A stretch of 64,000 bases of DNA, taken from NCBI GenBank assembly GCA_963845145.1, contig CAWJQU010000004.1, positions 224,001 through 288,000 of the forward strand, read 5' to 3'. The position numbers and the translations under genes were made by a program. The stretch's first letter is position 1. Each line of letters opens with the position of its first letter. The DNA is from an uncultured delta proteobacterium. Its GTDB lineage: Bacteria; Desulfobacterota; Desulfobacteria; Desulfobacterales; QNYZ01. Shown piece by piece: positions 57,772 through 64,000 of the stretch. The notes below the pieces were generated by a model. That model was not told where the DNA came from. It did not search any database and saw only the letters and a list, made by a program, of their open reading frames with translations.

Positions 57772-58349
57772 TAGCAGCGGTCCTTTGCAATCTTCGATTG
57801 GTTAATAATGGCATGCACATCGGGCTTATATTGCTTGATTTCCTCTTTTGACAATCCATCCAGTTCGTGGGGAAAGATGAGCCACTGATTGGTGGCATGG
57901 ATATAGTAGTCGGGCGTAAAATCCGCCTTTCTTTTTTGGGGTTTATAGTAAACCGTAGCAGTACGAATATCTTCGGGTGTATTCCTGCGCGCTTCTTTTT
58001 TAAGCGCTTGGATGACCGCTTCGATACTTAACCCCGTGTCGAACACATCGTCCACGATAAGCAGGCGATCCTCGGCATTGATATGATCCACAATATATTG
58101 TAGTGCATGAACCCGTATCTTTTTTTTCATTTGGTTGATGCCCTTATAAGCGGAGGTGCGAATGGCGATATGGTCGGTCTTCACACCGTAATAATCGAGA
58201 AGTTCCTGTACAGCAATACCCACGGGTGTCCCACCGCGCCATATCCCGACAATGAAATTGGGTTGAAAGCCGCTTTCAAGGATCGCTATTCCCAATTTAA
58301 AGGAGTCTTCCAAAAGTTGATTTGCATCAATATAAATTTTATCCGTCAT
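57771..58349 (-). CDS. Type I phosphoribosyltransferase (hypoxanthine/xanthine PRT-like)
   Basis: GIWRGG, the PRPP-binding motif LLIVDDVFDTGLS, and WLIFPHE. Confidence 0.85.
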   Translation of the reverse strand: MTDKIYIDANQLLEDSFKLGIAILESGFQPNFIVGIWRGGTPVGIAVQELLDYYGVKTDHIAIRTSAYKGINQMKKKIRVHALQYIVDHINAEDRLLIVDDVFDTGLSIEAVIQALKKEARRNTPEDIRTATVYYKPQKRKADFTPDYYIHATNQWLIFPHELDGLSKEEIKQYKPDVHAIINQSKIAKDRC

Positions 58350-58531
58350 GAAATGATCTCTTCGCTGTGGAGGTAAAAAACGTCTTTCGGTTGGGTCCTT
58401 ATTGTTTCAGGGATATTGCTGAGTTCAAACCAATCCAAATTATTGATGAATGCACGAAAACTTTTATTAAGCATAGAGAAAGTAGTCCGTTTATGTCGGA
58501 CAAGTCCACGATGCCATGAATCACGCGTGAT

Positions 58532-58551
58532 GAGGCATACGTTCGTATGCC
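58532..58551. repeat. Core hairpin of the intergenic repeat family (element D)
   Basis: GAGGCATAC-GTTC-GTATGCC with weaker flanking pairing. Confidence 0.5.
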
Positions 58552-58674
58552 AGGAAGACCATACCATTACGCATGTGGTTGATTTCGGTCTATTTTATGC
58601 GTAACCGTCATATTTGTTTAGCCCAAGATTGTCAATCCACTCTAGAATTCTAGATTAATCTCGATTTCAAAGGT

Positions 58675-60240
58675 GTGCCCGTGTCTTCCAAAGATTTGAT
58701 TTTATCTATCGATAACGGTACCCAGAGTCTCAAGGCGTTGGTTTTTGATTTAAAGGGTGATCTGTATGCGGCGGCGAAGGTAACCTTTGAACCGTATGTA
58801 ACGCCCAAACCGGGATGGGCGGAGCAAGACCCGGATCTCTTCTGGCAGGCTTTGTGTGATGCCTGTCAAAAATTGTGGCATGATGATGAGACCTTGGCGG
58901 AACGGATTGCCGGTGTTGCCCTGACGACCCAGCGGGCGACAGTGGTACCGGTGGATTCAGACGGGAAGCCGCTGCGGCCCGCCATTTTGTGGTTAGATCA
59001 GCGCAGAAGCCATGGTTTGCCCCCTCTCTCCGGTCCGTGGGGGATTTTATTCAAAATAGCCGGTTTGTCCAAAACCATCGCCTACCTCATGGCCGAAGCC
59101 GAGGCCAACTGGATTCGCATCCACGAACCTCATGTCTGGGAGCGCATCGATAAATATCTGCTGTTGTCCGGCTATCTGTCCTATCGGCTCACGGGTGAAT
59201 TTACGGATTCCATCGGCTGCCAGGTCGGATATATTCCATTTGATTACAAGCATTTACGATGGGCATCGGAATGGAGCTGGAAGTGGCGCTGTTTACCGTT
59301 GCGCCCGGAGATGCTTCCCCGCCTGGTTGAACCGACGCAGGCATTGGGTATCATCACTGAATCGGCCGCTCGCCAAACAGGTATTCCCGCCGGCCTTCCC
59401 CTGGTGGCCGCGGCAACGGACAAGGCTTGTGAGGTGATTGGTGCGGGTGCCCTCGACCCCACTGTGGGATGTTTGAGCTACGGTACGGCGGCCACTATCA
59501 ACGTCACCGAAAAACGCTATATTGAATCGATTCGACTTTTGCCCGCCTATCCATCGGCTGTCCCCGGGCATCACACGATGGAGGTGCTCGTTTATCGCGG
59601 GTACTGGATGGTAAACTGGTTCAAGCGGGAATTCGGGCACCCGGAATGCGGGCAATCACTAAAAACGGAAAAAGTCCCGGAAGAATTGTTTGAGAACCTT
59701 TTGGCCGCGACACCTCCCGGCAGCATGGGCTTGACGCTTCAACCCTATTGGTCTCCCGGACTCAAATCTCCGGGGCCGGAGGCCAAAGGGGCGATGATCG
59801 GCTTCGGAGATGTCCATCGCCGGGAATATGTGTATCGTGCCATTCTGGAAGGATTGGCCTATGCTTTAAGAGAGGGCCTGGAGCGGATTGAAAGGCGCAG
59901 TGGTCGTACCATTACCAGCCTGCGGGTCTCCGGGGGCGGGTCTCAGAGCAACGGGGCATTGCAATTAACAGCGGATATCTTCGGGTTGCCCGCGGCCCGT
60001 CCCCATATCTATGAAACATCGGGCTTGGGTGCCGCAATCGATGCCGCTGTGGGGCTTGGATTGTTTGGTGATTTTAAATCGGCGATAGACGCCATGACAC
60101 GTACGAGCGATGTTTTCGAGCCGAACCCCGCTCATCACCGTCGGTACGACGCCCTTTATCGGCAGGTGTACCTGAAAATGTACAAGCGTTTGAAGCCTTT
60201 GTACGAAAAAATCAGGGAAATTGTGGGATATCCGGATTGA
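58675..60240 (+). CDS. FGGY-family carbohydrate kinase
   Basis: IDNGTQS, AEQDP, ILWLDQR, LSYGT, RAILEG and SGGGSQS motifs. Confidence 0.92.
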   Translation: MPVSSKDLILSIDNGTQSLKALVFDLKGDLYAAAKVTFEPYVTPKPGWAEQDPDLFWQALCDACQKLWHDDETLAERIAGVALTTQRATVVPVDSDGKPLRPAILWLDQRRSHGLPPLSGPWGILFKIAGLSKTIAYLMAEAEANWIRIHEPHVWERIDKYLLLSGYLSYRLTGEFTDSIGCQVGYIPFDYKHLRWASEWSWKWRCLPLRPEMLPRLVEPTQALGIITESAARQTGIPAGLPLVAAATDKACEVIGAGALDPTVGCLSYGTAATINVTEKRYIESIRLLPAYPSAVPGHHTMEVLVYRGYWMVNWFKREFGHPECGQSLKTEKVPEELFENLLAATPPGSMGLTLQPYWSPGLKSPGPEAKGAMIGFGDVHRREYVYRAILEGLAYALREGLERIERRSGRTITSLRVSGGGSQSNGALQLTADIFGLPAARPHIYETSGLGAAIDAAVGLGLFGDFKSAIDAMTRTSDVFEPNPAHHRRYDALYRQVYLKMYKRLKPLYEKIREIVGYPD

Positions 60241-60247
60241 TACGCGT

Positions 60248-60484
60248 TTAATCCGCTTGGGCGACCTTTGGTCGCAGCCGGGCGTTTCGAATTTTAAAGA
60301 CACCCAGCCCGATGCCCGCGGCTATCAGGATCAGTCCCAAAATGACCCACCCCCCTGCATCGTATTCTTTTACGTTGGGGACACTGACCAGTTCAAAAGC
60401 GTAGTACAAAGTGGCTAAACCGATCAAGCCCAATCCCAAGGCGGCAAGATAAGATATCAGGTTTGCTTGGCTTTTTTTCATCAA
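60248..60484 (-). CDS. Small hypothetical membrane protein
   Basis: Two hydrophobic helices; 78 aa. Confidence 0.55.
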   Translation of the reverse strand: MMKKSQANLISYLAALGLGLIGLATLYYAFELVSVPNVKEYDAGGWVILGLILIAAGIGLGVFKIRNARLRPKVAQAD

Positions 60485-60581
60485 ATCATTCCATGTGATG
60501 ATATCGTCAGCGATTACGACTTATGCTATAGTTGAATCCGAAGCGTGTGACAAGGTATAATCTACTTAAGCGTTAAAACCT

Positions 60582-61661
60582 ATGGTTGGAAAACAGCTCG
60601 ACTTTTACGCCGGAACACGGGCCTTGCAACGAATTCGCTCGGAAGGCTTGAAAGCCGATGACATACGTGTCATGGCGGGCGCAGCCGGTGGTCCTAAGTG
60701 GCTCATTCTCGGCCAACTGGACCGGGCACTTTTTTCTTCCTGGTTTAAAGGGCGTAAGAAGCCCCTTTATCTGGTGGGATCGTCCTCAGGTGCCTGGCGG
60801 TTTGCCATGGCCGCCCAAACCGATCCGGCCGCGGCTGTAACGCGATTTGCGCACGCCTATATCCACCAGTACTATACCGAGAATCCAACCCCGGCCGACA
60901 TTCGGCGCGAGGCCATTCGTATTTTAGACGAGGCTGTACCTAAGGGTGTCGCAGCGGACATACTGGGCCACCCTTTTTTACGTATCAATATCATGGCCGT
61001 TCGTTGCAAGGGGCCGGTTGCATCGGATGTGAAACCGATCCAGACGGCAGGCATGCTCGCGGCGATGGCACTCAACACTATCCGCCGGCGGGGATTGGGG
61101 CTTTTATTTGACCGGGTGCTATTCTACGACCCGAGAAACCGGCCGCCCATTGGAAAGAGAGGTGAATTCCCCCTTGTACGCGTTTCTCTGAGTCGAGCCA
61201 ATTTTCAACCGGCCTTGATGGCTTCCGGTGCCATTCCACTGATCATGCCGGGCGTTACCGGTATTGCCGGTGCGCCACCCGGTATCTATCGCGATGGCGG
61301 GGTGATCGATTACCACATGGACCTGCCCTGGTCATTGAACGACGGCATTGTTCTTTTCCCCCATTACAGCGACCGGATTATCCCCGGTTGGCTGGATAAA
61401 CGCTTTACATGGCGCCATCCCTCTCCCCTTGATGCGGTGGATCTATTGATGGTCTGTCCATCCAAGGCCTTTCTTGCATCGCTGCCCTATGGTAAAATTC
61501 CCGATCGAAACGATTTTTATCGATTGGCAGGAAAAGACAAAGAGCGTGTCGCCTATTGGTGGCAGGCGTACGAGGCCGGACAGCGGTTGGGCGATGAATT
61601 TATGACGGCGGTTTTGTCCGGCCGCATCAGGGAATGGGTCCGCCCACTGCCGTGGGCATAA
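60582..61661 (+). CDS. Patatin-like phospholipase family protein
   Basis: GAAGGPK, GSSSG, ASGAIP and DGG motifs. Confidence 0.83.
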   Translation: MVGKQLDFYAGTRALQRIRSEGLKADDIRVMAGAAGGPKWLILGQLDRALFSSWFKGRKKPLYLVGSSSGAWRFAMAAQTDPAAAVTRFAHAYIHQYYTENPTPADIRREAIRILDEAVPKGVAADILGHPFLRINIMAVRCKGPVASDVKPIQTAGMLAAMALNTIRRRGLGLLFDRVLFYDPRNRPPIGKRGEFPLVRVSLSRANFQPALMASGAIPLIMPGVTGIAGAPPGIYRDGGVIDYHMDLPWSLNDGIVLFPHYSDRIIPGWLDKRFTWRHPSPLDAVDLLMVCPSKAFLASLPYGKIPDRNDFYRLAGKDKERVAYWWQAYEAGQRLGDEFMTAVLSGRIREWVRPLPWA

Positions 61662-61766
61662 ATAACCTAAGGCTAAAAGAAACAGCGCTCTGACGCTATC
61701 AAATCAATGTTGAACTTCCCGGATTGGCAAAATTCGGTTGTTGTGGTTTATAGTGGGATCATAGAT

Positions 61767-62207
61767 ATGGGAAAACAAGTAGATCCGGCCATGCATTCCG
61801 CCGAGCATATTTTAAATCAAACGATGGACCGTTTGTTCAATTGCGGTCGATGCTACAGTGCCCACATCGAGAAAAAGAAATCCAAGTGCGATTATCATTT
61901 TGACCGGTCATTGGTCGAAGGGGAGGTTCAAACCGTTGAATCCCGGGTGAATGCCGTGATTGGGCAGGGCCTTGCCATTACCGAAGCCTGGATTCCCCTG
62001 GCCGAGGCCGAGAAATCCTATCATCTTGAGCGTCTGCCGGCAAATGCCGGCGATAATATTCGGCTTGTGAAAATAGGGGATTACGATACCTGTCCGTGCA
62101 TCGGGGTACATGTTCGCACTACGGATGAAATTGGCCAATTCCGTATTACCACCACAAGTTTCGATTCGGGCGTGCTGAGGATCCGTTTTAAGCTTAAACG
62201 GCAATGA
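61767..62207 (+). CDS. Free-standing AlaX/ThrRS-type tRNA editing domain
   Basis: HSAEH (HxxxH) and CPCIGVH (CxxxH) Zn ligands; IRLVKIGDYD. Confidence 0.8.
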   Translation: MGKQVDPAMHSAEHILNQTMDRLFNCGRCYSAHIEKKKSKCDYHFDRSLVEGEVQTVESRVNAVIGQGLAITEAWIPLAEAEKSYHLERLPANAGDNIRLVKIGDYDTCPCIGVHVRTTDEIGQFRITTTSFDSGVLRIRFKLKRQ

Positions 62208-62303
62208 CCTAAATCTATCGTGATCTATCGCGTTTTAAACTCAATTTTTAAGCAACGTTGGGGTTTACTGTCCGCTTCTTAAACTTTAAAGCGTTCGGGG
62301 AGA

Positions 62304-63104
62304 TTAGGGCGTTTTTTGACGAAACTGGGCAACTTGCCTCGAAAGGGCAATGATATTCCCGGCCTCATCCCATATTTCACCATCCTCTTCTATCAATCCA
62401 CAGCTCACAAAACGGGTTCTAAATACACATTTTAGCCAATGCGTTTCAGGAATGTTTCGAATATTGACCGTAAATTCCAGGGTAGGAACCCATGCAACCA
62501 TTCCCTGGCTCGCGAGGATTGCCGGTGGAAACGAGTCGGCCATCAGAGCAATTGAGTAAATGTCGACGGGACGGGTATTTTTAAATTTTATCCACCCCTT
62601 AATCTCAGATTTTTTCGACATTTCTCCTTTTATCCAACCGGCGCAAGTCGGATCCAGGCGGATATCCATATTGTGAAAAATGGTGTAATTCGGTATTTCG
62701 GGGATGCGAATACATTCTGCCCGGGAAGAGATGAGCGGTGGCGATTTTTCATATCTTTCCGTCAGGCAGGCATCCTTATCTGTATCTGTCGCAAATGTCC
62801 CAAACATACGGACTTTTTCTTCTCCACCCTGGCATAGCTTCCCTCCGAGGCGGTTAAACTGCCTGGATTGCTTAATCGGCTCTACTTCTATAACGGCTTC
62901 GCCCGGCCGGCTGCGGGAGATATAATTGGCGGTTAATATAGGGGTTGACTTATGCTCACTGCATTGCATCATGGCGTTGGTGATGATGGCCATGAGGTAG
63001 CCCCCATCGGGGATACCGTTGACAGACCAGTTGTCCGAAACAACGGCGTTAAAAAAAGATGGATTTTGTGCGGTTATGTCTATGTCTTGATCAAATATAT
63101 GCAT
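62304..63104 (-). CDS. Thioesterase-family (double hot-dog) protein
   Basis: W..NGIPDGGYL, ADSFPP, WVPTLEF and DGEIWD..SRQ motifs. Confidence 0.82.
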   Translation of the reverse strand: MHIFDQDIDITAQNPSFFNAVVSDNWSVNGIPDGGYLMAIITNAMMQCSEHKSTPILTANYISRSRPGEAVIEVEPIKQSRQFNRLGGKLCQGGEEKVRMFGTFATDTDKDACLTERYEKSPPLISSRAECIRIPEIPNYTIFHNMDIRLDPTCAGWIKGEMSKKSEIKGWIKFKNTRPVDIYSIALMADSFPPAILASQGMVAWVPTLEFTVNIRNIPETHWLKCVFRTRFVSCGLIEEDGEIWDEAGNIIALSRQVAQFRQKTP

Positions 63105-63105
63105 T

Positions 63106-63987
63106 CTATTTTTCCAATCGTGTTTTTGGTCGTGCATCTGGTCGCGCTACGGGTCGCGCTACCGGTTCCTGCCTCGCCATAACCGGACGATCTATGAGCG
63201 TTGCCAGGGGAATTATTTCCAGGTTTTTTTTTCGAATTTCAGACAATAGGCGGTCGATTTCATTTAGCCAAAAGGTAGTCATACCCCCTTTTCGAGGGGG
63301 CGTGTCATGAAGCATGATGATATCTCCAGAGCGAAGTCGTCTGAGAATTTTTTTTGACAGGTGACGAATCTTCCGATTTCCCATATCCCCGGCCCGACAG
63401 CTGAAATTGACGGCGTACAGCTTCATTTTTTTAAGAATATGGCCCAATTTAGGATTGGTGATGCCAACCGGAGGCCTGAATGTGAGGGGGTAAACTTCCA
63501 GGCGACTCAGCACATCCTGGGTCTTTTCGATCTCTCTTTTCAGAACTGCAGACCTTTTAAGCATAATAAAATTATCATGGCTATAAGAGTGGTTTCCAAT
63601 GGTATGCCCCAAAGAAACCATCTTTTGAACCAGCGCGGGATGCTGTTCGGCGTGGCTGCCGGTGACGTAAAAGGTTGCGCTGATCTTGTGTTTAGTTAGA
63701 AGGCCCAAAAGTGCCGGTGTTGTGACCGGATTGGGCCCATCGTCAAAGGTTATTGCGACGGCCTGCTTGTTAGAAGGGCCGCGACTGACAATGGGCAGAA
63801 AAAAACTGAATCCCGGTAAAAACGGCGCAATGAAGCAGGTCGCGATAAAAAGAAGCAGCGGTAGCGTTGACCAAAAAAGGCTGAAGGGCGCTGCCAGAAG
63901 AAAAAACAGTATTGCAATCAACCCGATTCGGGCGGCAGGGGTGAAATCTTCGGGAATGAGGGCGTATTTTTTCCGGCTGAGTTTCAT
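63106..63987 (-). CDS. Membrane-anchored polysaccharide deacetylase (NodB domain)
   Basis: TFDDGP, GNHSYSH, FRPPVG and IIMLHD motifs; N-terminal TM helices. Confidence 0.9.
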   Translation of the reverse strand: MKLSRKKYALIPEDFTPAARIGLIAILFFLLAAPFSLFWSTLPLLLFIATCFIAPFLPGFSFFLPIVSRGPSNKQAVAITFDDGPNPVTTPALLGLLTKHKISATFYVTGSHAEQHPALVQKMVSLGHTIGNHSYSHDNFIMLKRSAVLKREIEKTQDVLSRLEVYPLTFRPPVGITNPKLGHILKKMKLYAVNFSCRAGDMGNRKIRHLSKKILRRLRSGDIIMLHDTPPRKGGMTTFWLNEIDRLLSEIRKKNLEIIPLATLIDRPVMARQEPVARPVARPDARPKTRLEK

Positions 63988-64000
63988 AAAAAAACGACCA

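Overview
This window is chromosomal DNA from a sulfate-reducing deltaproteobacterium; the gene content suggests Desulfobacterales, which is an inference. From left to right it carries: citrate synthase with a PerR-like Fur protein and a DVU0772-family gene; a long AsmA/YhdP-like protein; a PAS sigma-54 activator ahead of a ~9.3 kb co-oriented oxygen/ROS-defence island (rubrerythrin, desulfoferrodoxin, flavodoxin, cydAB, trihaem cytochrome c, an ISF-ArsC fusion, rubredoxin, a flavodiiron protein, ferredoxin and several small metal-binding ORFs). Next come a Dpp/Opp ABC transporter whose binding protein is frameshifted, an IS5-type transposase fragment, Slp lipoproteins, a TetR-TolC-MFP-RND efflux operon, an M35 protease preceded by a stand-alone prodomain lipoprotein, a Zn ABC operon with Zur, priA, cytochrome c3, an RnfB-GltD-like fusion with RseC, purine-salvage genes and assorted hydrolases. 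The strongest non-obvious signals are: (1) an OrpR-type CX8CX3C PAS sigma-54 activator with an enhancer array and a -24/-12 promoter placed to drive the oxygen-defence island; (2) an exported DUF1573-like protein with an in-frame UGA in a UGC motif and a SECIS-like hairpin, plus a second, weaker selenoprotein candidate (FmdB family); (3) 140-165 bp intergenic hairpin elements sharing a core motif; (4) a protease / free-prodomain pair with a short GGCFI C-terminal tag. All family assignments come from motif recognition by eye; no database search was run. No rRNA, tRNA or CRISPR array was seen.
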